From a virus: a DNA stretch of 64,000 bases. The translations under genes and the position numbers were made by a program. The DNA is taken from positions 1 through 64,000 of the IMG/VR virus record IMGVR_UViG_3300030103_005573. One strand, written 5' to 3'. The notes under the pieces were generated by a model. That model searched no databases and had not been told where the DNA came from. It worked only from the letters and a program-made list of their open reading frames with translations. This document shows positions 56,640 to 64,000 of the stretch, one piece after another; position 1 is the first letter of the stretch; each line of letters opens with the position of its first letter.

Positions 56640-57125
56640 ATGATAAGAGTATTAACACGTAAAAGGGTACTCTTATTTATTCTAGGAATTGTCTCCCTTT
56701 TAGCTGCCTCTCTGATATATTATAACAGTATTAAGCCCGAACTTGTTCTATCGGGGGATGTCACATATTATCTCCCAGGACAAAGAAGCAATTGCCAGTG
56801 GGTCATGCAGGCAGATCACAACTTATATAACACACCTGGTGAGACTACCGAGATTCGCATAGGAATTCCCTCTGCTCAAAAAATGGGGTTTATCAGTGGA
56901 AGAGTAGAGGTCGGACCTCACAATACCTTAATCTTAGCTTTTATACCACCTGGAAAATCTAAAGATAAGATTCCTGTAGTATTGACTGCTGATTACTCAG
57001 AAAAAACATTGCCTATTGATTTTGTTCGTTTCAGATGGGCACAAAGTAGTGCCATAACTATACTTTTATTTTCTAGTAAAAATAAATGTTTATCGTCAAT
57101 TCCAGCTAGCGGTTTAACAAAATGA
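56640..57125 (+). CDS. Membrane-anchored hypothetical protein
   Basis: RKR followed by TM helix VLLFILGIVSLLAASLIYY; SD GGGAG; ATGA overlap with the next gene. Confidence 0.7.
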   Translation: MIRVLTRKRVLLFILGIVSLLAASLIYYNSIKPELVLSGDVTYYLPGQRSNCQWVMQADHNLYNTPGETTEIRIGIPSAQKMGFISGRVEVGPHNTLILAFIPPGKSKDKIPVVLTADYSEKTLPIDFVRFRWAQSSAITILLFSSKNKCLSSIPASGLTK

Positions 57126-58369
57126 GATTAATTAAAATCCTACCTGCACTACTATTGTTTTTTGCATGTGAGGAGGATCGCCTAGTAAAATTAGAATGTG
57201 TACCTGGTGAAAAACTTGTGTGCGATGAACATGGGCAGGATTTTCCTGCGGCGGACCCTGTTGATATTGCAAAACGAGCAGGTCAATGTTCTTATGGTAT
57301 AAAAACATGCACGGTAAGAGGATGGTCAGAATGCATAGGAGCACAAGGACCTACTGATGAAATATGTGATGGAATAGATAACGACTGTGATGCCATAATT
57401 GATGAAACTTATCCAGAAGAACACCAACTTTGTGGATTTGAAGAGAATATAGATTATGGAGTTGGTATATGTAAACCAGGAGTTATGAGTTGTTATAATG
57501 GAGTTTTATATTGTGGTGGACATGTCGGACCTACTGATGAAATTTGTGATGGTGTTGATAATAATTGTGATGGCACTATAGATGAAGGCATTGCTAACTC
57601 CACAGCAATCGTATGTTATGAAGGTCCAGATGGAACTCTGGGTGTTGGAGAATGCAGGGCAGGAATTAGATATTGTACAGATGGATCTTTTGGTGGACCA
57701 TGTGACAGTCAAATTTTGCCAGTATTAGAACGATGTGATAATTTAGATAATGATTGTGATGGAGAAGTTGATGAGGGATTTGACACCCGTGGTGTAGATT
57801 TAGTTTTTGTTATTGATATCTCCGGTTCGTTTAGGGATGAGATAGACTCAATGGTACAAGGTATTACTCCCCTTTTAGACGACCCGATAACGAGCACATT
57901 TCGCTTTGGACTCGTTGTCGTAGGTGCTAGGGCAGGTGACGACCTAAGACCCGCATATCACCTCGCAAGAATGGTGTCTGATTTTGTTCCCGCTGATGAG
58001 TTTTTGGCTGTAATAGAAGCTGGAAGAATGGTTCCAAGTGCTGGACAAGAGCCAACAGTAGATACAATGTATTGGTCAATGAATGAATATCCATTTTCAT
58101 GGAGGACAGGTGCACAAAAAGTTATTATAACAATGACGGACGAAGAAGCTCAAACAACATTCTCACACCCAAGGACTTGTTTTGAGGTAGCAGAGCACGC
58201 AGATAATCTTGGATTTGAATTATTTGTTTTCGCTCTCCAACAACACCACAATACATTTATAAATTGTGTTAGGGGCAGGAGAGATAGGTTATATACTCCT
58301 ACAGCAAATTCAGAAACTGTATTTCTACAGATCAGAGCTATTTTTGAGGATCTTTGTATGGGAGGGTAA
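57122..58369 (+). CDS. Lipoprotein with Cys-rich EICDGxDNxCDG (myxobacterial-type putative metal-binding) repeats and a C-terminal vWA domain
   Basis: Lipobox-like LLLFFAC; three repeats DEICDGIDNDCD, DEICDGVDNNCDG and ERCDNLDNDCDG; vWA MIDAS DLVFVIDISGS...GQEP...IITMTDEE. Confidence 0.85.
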   Translation: MRLIKILPALLLFFACEEDRLVKLECVPGEKLVCDEHGQDFPAADPVDIAKRAGQCSYGIKTCTVRGWSECIGAQGPTDEICDGIDNDCDAIIDETYPEEHQLCGFEENIDYGVGICKPGVMSCYNGVLYCGGHVGPTDEICDGVDNNCDGTIDEGIANSTAIVCYEGPDGTLGVGECRAGIRYCTDGSFGGPCDSQILPVLERCDNLDNDCDGEVDEGFDTRGVDLVFVIDISGSFRDEIDSMVQGITPLLDDPITSTFRFGLVVVGARAGDDLRPAYHLARMVSDFVPADEFLAVIEAGRMVPSAGQEPTVDTMYWSMNEYPFSWRTGAQKVIITMTDEEAQTTFSHPRTCFEVAEHADNLGFELFVFALQQHHNTFINCVRGRRDRLYTPTANSETVFLQIRAIFEDLCMGG

Positions 58370-58756
58370 TTACTCTTCTTTTTTATCTTCCCCGAAAGAC
58401 ATTTCTACAGTCTCTTTACCTTTCTCAAAGGCAAAACCCATGTTGCCATTCGGCGTTATGAATGATGTACCTTTCCCATCTTCATCATTTTCTAATTCTG
58501 AATACATATAGGTTTCTACGTTTTTTCGTAGTTGTTTGGTTTTTAAATACATATCTTTAAAAAGGTCTTCAAGTTCTTTAGATTTTTGTAAAGATTTCTT
58601 AGGGTCCCCATGCTTTAGACTTGCAAGAAGAAGTGGTATGACATCTGGGTGTCTTCTCTCAAAAGCCTCAATAGAATCTAGTGCCAATAGATGAAGAAAT
58701 TTACCAGCTTTATAGTTTTTAATGTTTAACTTAAGTTCTATGTCTTTAACTTTCAT
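58370..58756 (-). CDS. Hypothetical protein
   Basis: 128 aa; SD GGGAG; late motif at 58781-58787. Confidence 0.7.
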   Translation of the reverse strand: MKVKDIELKLNIKNYKAGKFLHLLALDSIEAFERRHPDVIPLLLASLKHGDPKKSLQKSKELEDLFKDMYLKTKQLRKNVETYMYSELENDEDGKGTSFITPNGNMGFAFEKGKETVEMSFGEDKKEE

Positions 58757-58783
58757 TTAATTCTCCCTGTAGGGTTTTTCTAA

Positions 58784-59332
58784 TTAGTAATTATCTTCCA
58801 CATGTTTCTTAATTTGTGCTCTTATAGCTTCTTTTTCTTCCTCTGTTTCCGCATTTGCCCAGCCCCATGCCAACGTAGCTCTCATATTGTCTGATTTATG
58901 CGATCCATCTTTAATATAGTTTTCTAACTCTCCTGAGATCTCATCTGCATCTATATCATCTGTTTTGATTTTTAGAGTAGATGCGATAACAAACAGTGTA
59001 GCCATATCACATTCTTCATAAGCTTCAGAAGCCTGAGAGAAGTACTCTGTTAAAACTTCTGAGTCTACTTTATCTGGGTGTGTAGCTTTTGAGATTCTTC
59101 TGTATAACTTTTTCATATCTCTGGTAGGCGTTGGTTTTTTCTTTTCTGTTTCTTCCAACGATGACGGAGCAGTATTCTTTTTTGCAGACTCTATCATTCT
59201 TTTATATTCTTCTGGAAAATCTTTATAGAACTGTTCTTTAAACTTCATGAAGAGATCTGTGGTTTCCTCCAAATCCTCAGAGACATATTGTGCCTTAAAT
59301 ACTAACTTTTTAATGTTTGGCTTTTTTGGCAT
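58784..59332 (-). CDS. J-domain (DnaJ-like) protein
   Basis: MKKLYRRISKATHPDK....EYFSQASEAYE has J-domain helix II, the HPD motif and helix III. Confidence 0.8.
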   Translation of the reverse strand: MPKKPNIKKLVFKAQYVSEDLEETTDLFMKFKEQFYKDFPEEYKRMIESAKKNTAPSSLEETEKKKPTPTRDMKKLYRRISKATHPDKVDSEVLTEYFSQASEAYEECDMATLFVIASTLKIKTDDIDADEISGELENYIKDGSHKSDNMRATLAWGWANAETEEEKEAIRAQIKKHVEDNY

Positions 59333-59336
59333 ATAA

Positions 59337-59343
59337 TAAATAT
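59337..59343 (-). promoter_or_regulatory. Putative late promoter motif ATATTTA
   Basis: GGATATTTA-TTAT-ATG immediately after the terminator; no SD. Confidence 0.65.
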
Positions 59344-59348
59344 CCTTT

Positions 59349-59383
59349 AAAAAAAGAAAGGGGCAGCCGAAGCCGCCCCTTTC
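59349..59383 (-). terminator. Rho-independent terminator after the fibre genes
   Basis: GAAAGGGGCGGC-TTCG-GCTGCCCCTTTC followed by T7; cUUCGg loop. Confidence 0.92.
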
Positions 59384-59423
59384 AAATAAAACTATAGACT
59401 GTCTAGATGAAGTTAAACTTCAA

Positions 59424-60947
59424 TTAGCCAGGCTGAACTTCTAGTTGCATGACGTTCTCAGCACCAGATGTATTGTATTCAAAGACCAAGTGGACTTTAT
59501 CAACACCATCTTCAAGTTTGAGAGTACCGCCATCAGAGCCGTCACCGTCAAACTTAAACTTAGCAGCAAACGCATCAATGTTACCTTGTAGTGCATTATC
59601 AGCAGCAAGACGGTCACCTTCTTCAATCCCAATGCTAGTAGCAATACCACTATCAGCGACTTGACGAATGTTAGTCTGATTTGCTTCAGCAGTACCACGA
59701 GCAGCAGTTTCTGCATCAATCTCAGCCTGAATACCATTGTCACCAGAGATGCGTAGTGCTTCTTCACTGTCAACAGCAAGAGAGCGAACACCTTCTTCTG
59801 CGGTGTTTGCTGCAATTGCAGCAGCCTTAGCAGAGGACATGCCAGCTTCTTCAGTAGAAACGTCGGCAGAGCGGTTGGCTGATTCTGTTGCTATAGCAGC
59901 CATCAAAACACCATTAGCATTTAGACGAGCAACTTTTTCTGAAGACATCGCTGCTTCCATGGTAGAAATTTCAGATGAAAGAGCACCAGAAAGAACTACA
60001 TCGCCCGAAAGCATAGAAGAGTTCTCAGCAGCAACAGCAGCGGCACGATCACCAGCTTCAGAAGCTACGTTACCAGCGATGACTGCATCAGCAGCTTCAT
60101 AAGCTGCCTTCTCAACAGAAAGAGCATCTTTACGATCAAGAGTTTCTTGACCAACGAGAACACCGATAGAAGAATCAGCATCACCACGAGCAGTAGCTTC
60201 AGCAGCTACGCCTGCAATTCTTGCAGCTTCTTGTGTATCAATATCACCCTGGATTGCAGCATCACCAGCAGCACGAGCAGTAGCTTCGGCAGTGACAGCA
60301 GCAGCACGAGCTACTTCAGCGTCATCAATGTCACCAGAGATGCCGGCATCAGCAGTAAGACGTGCAGCTTTTTCAGTTGACGAAGCAGCGGCACGAGCAG
60401 TTTCTTGTGCGTCAATTTGACCACTTAGAGTAGCATCATCAGCAGCACGCTTGGATGCTTGAGCAGTTACCTCAGAAGCACGATTAGTAGCTTCATCAGC
60501 AATACGTGTCTCCATGGAAAGGTCAGCAGCAGAGCGCAAAGCAGCTTCAGCAGCTAGATCAGCGATACGTTCTGCTACCGCACTAGACAAGTCGCCAGAC
60601 AAGGACGAATCCATTGCTTCACGAGCAGCTTTTTCTACGGACAATGCAGAAGACTGATCACCAGCTTCAGAGTCAATGTTACCCTGAATAACTGTATCAG
60701 CATCACCACGGGATGTAACTTCACTAGCGAGAGCAGAGTTTTCATCACCCTCTTCTGTGGCTAGATTAGCAGAAAGAACGTTACGTGCAGCCAATTCAGC
60801 AGTAAACGCATCATTCAAGGAGTGATCTCCACCTGCGGGGTTAGCAACCTGTAAGACTTCTGCTAGTTCACCAGCAGATTCAATCATCTTTTTCTGAAGG
60901 ACTAATCCGCTACCGGATGAATCCTCAATATATACATTTTTTGGCAT
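59424..60947 (-). CDS. Ala-rich coiled-coil fibre protein, paralog 3 (507 aa)
   Basis: 29-aa repeats such as EATARAAGDAAIQGDIDTQEAARIAGVAA; N-terminal SGLVLQKKM shared with paralog 2; SD AAGGAG. Confidence 0.8.
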   Translation of the reverse strand: MPKNVYIEDSSGSGLVLQKKMIESAGELAEVLQVANPAGGDHSLNDAFTAELAARNVLSANLATEEGDENSALASEVTSRGDADTVIQGNIDSEAGDQSSALSVEKAAREAMDSSLSGDLSSAVAERIADLAAEAALRSAADLSMETRIADEATNRASEVTAQASKRAADDATLSGQIDAQETARAAASSTEKAARLTADAGISGDIDDAEVARAAAVTAEATARAAGDAAIQGDIDTQEAARIAGVAAEATARGDADSSIGVLVGQETLDRKDALSVEKAAYEAADAVIAGNVASEAGDRAAAVAAENSSMLSGDVVLSGALSSEISTMEAAMSSEKVARLNANGVLMAAIATESANRSADVSTEEAGMSSAKAAAIAANTAEEGVRSLAVDSEEALRISGDNGIQAEIDAETAARGTAEANQTNIRQVADSGIATSIGIEEGDRLAADNALQGNIDAFAAKFKFDGDGSDGGTLKLEDGVDKVHLVFEYNTSGAENVMQLEVQPG

Positions 60948-60992
60948 TTTATTTTTATCTCCTTATAAAATGTTTTTGTTAATTGCTATCCC

Positions 60993-62522
60993 TTATGCAC
61001 CCTTGTGGAGTTCTAAGAGAACAACACCGCTAACAGTCTTGTAATTCATACGAACAACATCACTACCATCGGTGAGAGTTAGGTTAGAACCAGCACCAAC
61101 TGCTGGAGCACCACTGTAGCCAAACTTGTTATCAAGTGAAGTAATTGAGTCACCCATTGCAGTATCACCTGCAACACGAGCAGCTATAGCATCATCAAGA
61201 TCACTTTGTAGTGAAAGATCAGCAGATCCACGAGCAGCAGACTCAGTAGTAATGTATGCAGCCATTGCTGTGTTTTCAGCAGCAATGTTATCACTTAGAG
61301 TAACATCACCAGCAGCACGAGCAGTTTCTTCAGCAGCAACATCCGCTACACGAGCAGCGACCATTGCAGCAACATCAGCTTCTACATCAGCGACGTCGCC
61401 TGCACGGACAGTTGCAAGACTTGCAACAGCAGCAAGAGCAGCAGCCTCTTCGGTGTCAATGTCACCAGAGATACCAGCATCATCAGCAGCAGCACCAGCT
61501 TCTTCGGTAGATACCAAAGCTTCACGATCAACTACAGCACCAGAGATACTTGCAGATAGAGCCGCATCAGCAGCTTCACGAGCAGCCTTTTCTGTACTTA
61601 CAGCAGCGGAACGTGCAGCTTCTTCATCAGAGATGAGAGTAGCGACAGAAACGTCAGCAGCAGCACGATCAGATGCGTGACCAGTTACAGCAGACGCACG
61701 ATCAGACTCTTCACTATCAATACCAGCAGAAAGGTTGGCATCACCTAGTTCACGAGCAGCCTTTTCAGAAGAGATCGCACCAGAGCGAGCAGCAGCTTCG
61801 GCAGCAATATTAGCAGCCAAAGAGGCGTCGCCAGCAACACGAGCGTCTTTTTCTACAGAAAGAGCAGCAAGACGTGCAGTTTCTTCAGCATCAATTTCAC
61901 CCTGAAGGGCAAGATCAGCAGCCGCACGCTCAGAAGCTTCTAGAGCATGTTCAGCTACACGAGCTACTTTCTCAGAAGAGATCTGAGAAGCCATATCGTT
62001 GTCTTCGTTTCCACGAGAAAGAGCTTCAGCAGAAACAGCAGCACTACGTGCAGCGATTTCATCATCCTTAAGAGTAGCAACAGAGTTATCTGCGTTTGAC
62101 ATTGCATTAGCTTCAGCAGTTACAGCGTTAAAACGAGCATCGCTTTCATCACCAAGTAAAACAGTTTGAGCATCGTCAGCACTGTCCATAGCAGCTTTCT
62201 CAGAAGAGATTGCAGCACTTGCAGCAGCTTTCATTGTGCTCAAGTTAGCAGTAAGAGTTGCATCATCAGCAGCACGAGTTACTCTTTCTGCCGCAGCAGC
62301 AGCAGAACGCTCACCAGCTTGAGTGGAAATTGCAGAGTCAATCGCATCACGAAGATCTTTTTCAAGTGACAATTGTGCGTTGACGTCTTTATCATCAACG
62401 GCAGGTTCCGCAGCACCTGGCTCTAAAACCTTTAATAGAGAAGCTAGTTCGGATGAGTCCTGAACCATCTTCTTTTGTAGTACTAATCCGCTATCATCAG
62501 CGCCATTAATATATGTAGGCAT
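60993..62522 (-). CDS. Ala-rich coiled-coil fibre protein, paralog 2 (509 aa)
   Basis: Same 29-aa E..AR..AD..L...I..E..AR...V repeat; SD AAGGAGG. Confidence 0.8.
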   Translation of the reverse strand: MPTYINGADDSGLVLQKKMVQDSSELASLLKVLEPGAAEPAVDDKDVNAQLSLEKDLRDAIDSAISTQAGERSAAAAAERVTRAADDATLTANLSTMKAAASAAISSEKAAMDSADDAQTVLLGDESDARFNAVTAEANAMSNADNSVATLKDDEIAARSAAVSAEALSRGNEDNDMASQISSEKVARVAEHALEASERAAADLALQGEIDAEETARLAALSVEKDARVAGDASLAANIAAEAAARSGAISSEKAARELGDANLSAGIDSEESDRASAVTGHASDRAAADVSVATLISDEEAARSAAVSTEKAAREAADAALSASISGAVVDREALVSTEEAGAAADDAGISGDIDTEEAAALAAVASLATVRAGDVADVEADVAAMVAARVADVAAEETARAAGDVTLSDNIAAENTAMAAYITTESAARGSADLSLQSDLDDAIAARVAGDTAMGDSITSLDNKFGYSGAPAVGAGSNLTLTDGSDVVRMNYKTVSGVVLLELHKGA

Positions 62523-62584
62523 ATTATTTCCTCCTTAGAAAATAAATTATGTTATCATAAGAACCAATAAAAAGCTATCAGTTA

Positions 62585-64000
62585 TTAGCTGATGAACATT
62601 TTTACAACGTTTGTACCAGCAACTTTAACGAACTTAGCAGTTACGGCAACACCGGAACCAGCATCAGTCATTACAAAGTCACCACCACCTGCACCATCAC
62701 CAGAGAAGCCGAGTCTATCAGTAAGGACTTTTAGACTTGTGCTTACAGCAGCATCGCCAGTTTGACGATCAGCAATTTCACTAGTGATATTTGCGATCAA
62801 TGCATCATCACCAGCTTCCTTGGAAACTTTTTCTGAAGATATTTCGCTAGAACGCAATGCAGCTTGAGTAGACATAGCAGCAGAGTGTGTAGCATCATCA
62901 GCAGCACGCTTTGTAGCCAAAGAGGATACAGCAGCAGCACGATTACTTTCTTCATCGGAAAGCAAGTTAGCGATAGAAAGGAAATCAGCTTCACGAGCAG
63001 ATTCTTCGCTATCTACAGCAGTGATACGAGCGTTGATAGCAGCGTCTAATTCGTTGGACAAAGAAACGTCCATCGCACTACGAGCAGCTACAGCTACAGA
63101 AACATCAGCAGCACGAGCAACAGCTTCATCATCAATTTCACCCTGAAGAGCAGCATCAGCAGCAGCACGAAGTCCAGCTTCAGCAGCAACAGCAGTTTCA
63201 CGAGCTAAGACAGCACTTGAAAGACCGCTGGAGTTTGTTGCATCATCAGCTTCACGAGTAGCTTTTTCTGAAGATACAGCAGCAGAACGATCAGCGATAG
63301 CAACAGCTAGTTCACCTTCTAGGGCAACATCAACGGATTGCATTGCAGACTGCTCAGCAGCAATAGCAGAAACATATGCAGCTTCTTCGGAGTCAAGAGC
63401 AACAGACTGTGTTGCATCGCCAGCGAGACGATCAGTTTGTTTGTCAGCTACTTCTGCGGCCATAGCAGCTTCTTCAGCAGCTAGGTTTGTAGAAAGAGCA
63501 GCGTCACCAGCAACACGATCAGCGTTAATAGAAGCCAAAGAAGTATCTTCTTCGGACTCTTCTGTTGCCAAAAGTGCAGCTACAGAATTATCACCTGCTA
63601 ACATAGCAGCGGATTCAGCAGCAACAGCGGCTACACGAGCATCTTCCATATCACCGATATCGGTTGTAAGAGCTACATCACCTTCACCACGAGCAGTTGC
63701 TAAAGAAGCAACAGCAGCGTTCATAGTAACTAACTCAGCAGCGATAGCAGCACTTTGTGCAGAATCTTTGTTGCTACGAGAAAGTGTTGCTGCGGCTAGA
63801 TCATCGTCTAGTTCGCCAGCATCAGTAACAAGTTGACTGCTAACAGCAGCATCGCCAGCTTGACGCTCAGCAATTGTGAAATCCATATCAGAGATACGAG
63901 CAGAAACTTCTGCCGAAAGGGCAGTAGATAGAGAACCACGTTGAGTAGACGCTTCAGCGAATGCCTCATTGAGGTTTTTGTCCAGACCAGATTCTGGCTC
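62585..64000 (-). CDS. Ala-rich coiled-coil fibre protein, paralog 1 (5' truncated by the window end)
   Basis: The frame is open from 64000 (EPESGLDKNLNEAFAEASTQRGSLS...) through the track's Met at 63886. LNEAF aligns with LNDAF of paralog 3. Confidence 0.8.
   Translation of the reverse strand, partial: EPESGLDKNLNEAFAEASTQRGSLSTALSAEVSARISDMDFTIAERQAGDAAVSSQLVTDAGELDDDLAAATLSRSNKDSAQSAAIAAELVTMNAAVASLATARGEGDVALTTDIGDMEDARVAAVAAESAAMLAGDNSVAALLATEESEEDTSLASINADRVAGDAALSTNLAAEEAAMAAEVADKQTDRLAGDATQSVALDSEEAAYVSAIAAEQSAMQSVDVALEGELAVAIADRSAAVSSEKATREADDATNSSGLSSAVLARETAVAAEAGLRAAADAALQGEIDDEAVARAADVSVAVAARSAMDVSLSNELDAAINARITAVDSEESAREADFLSIANLLSDEESNRAAAVSSLATKRAADDATHSAAMSTQAALRSSEISSEKVSKEAGDDALIANITSEIADRQTGDAAVSTSLKVLTDRLGFSGDGAGGGDFVMTDAGSGVAVTAKFVKVAGTNVVKMFIS

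Noticed and set aside
59441-63836. Ala/Ser-rich antisense ORFs and Leu-rich off-frame ORFs in the fibre genes; GCAGCA runs as possible microsatellites
   Set aside because: These are by-products of GCT/GCA Ala codon repetition in the sense frame.
1-64000. Stop-codon reassignment as seen in some jumbo phages
   Set aside because: ORFs up to 2186 aa are intact in code 11, and TAA, TAG and TGA all terminate genes at tight gene junctions.

Overview
The window is a gene-dense, AT-rich segment of a large (jumbo-type) myovirus genome in the standard genetic code. Almost all genes are on the minus strand. In coordinate order it holds: a partial DNA primase, a HAD 5'-nucleotidase and a RuvC-like resolvase; a ~33 kb baseplate/tail block (split tail-collar-like domains, very large virion proteins, gp6, gp25 and a gp5-like hub split into two genes, one with a lysozyme-fold domain); a gp55-like late sigma factor; a ~10 kb glycan cluster (NDP-sugar dehydratase, DegT aminotransferase, N-formyltransferase, 2 methyltransferases, 5 glycosyltransferases); a Cas4-like nuclease, an HExxH peptidase and PIN-PhoH; a complete tmRNA (tag ANNNAELALAA) with its own sigma70 promoter and terminator; a KxDG-ligase-like/HxGH-nucleotidyltransferase fusion; an exported-protein island (trypsin-like protease, Myxococcota-style Cys-repeat/vWA lipoprotein); a J-domain protein; and three paralogous Ala-rich coiled-coil fibres with a 29-residue repeat. 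The best candidates for new biology are: (1) a phage-encoded pathway for a formylated/methylated amino-dideoxy-sugar glycan, together with a striking [S/T]-G-S enrichment in a subset of tail proteins, suggesting virion glycosylation; (2) a late-promoter motif (C/A)TA(T/A/G)TTA lying exactly 4 nt before SD-less ATGs, suggesting leaderless late mRNAs; (3) a possibly heterotrimeric fibre. All family assignments come from motif recognition by eye, with no database search.
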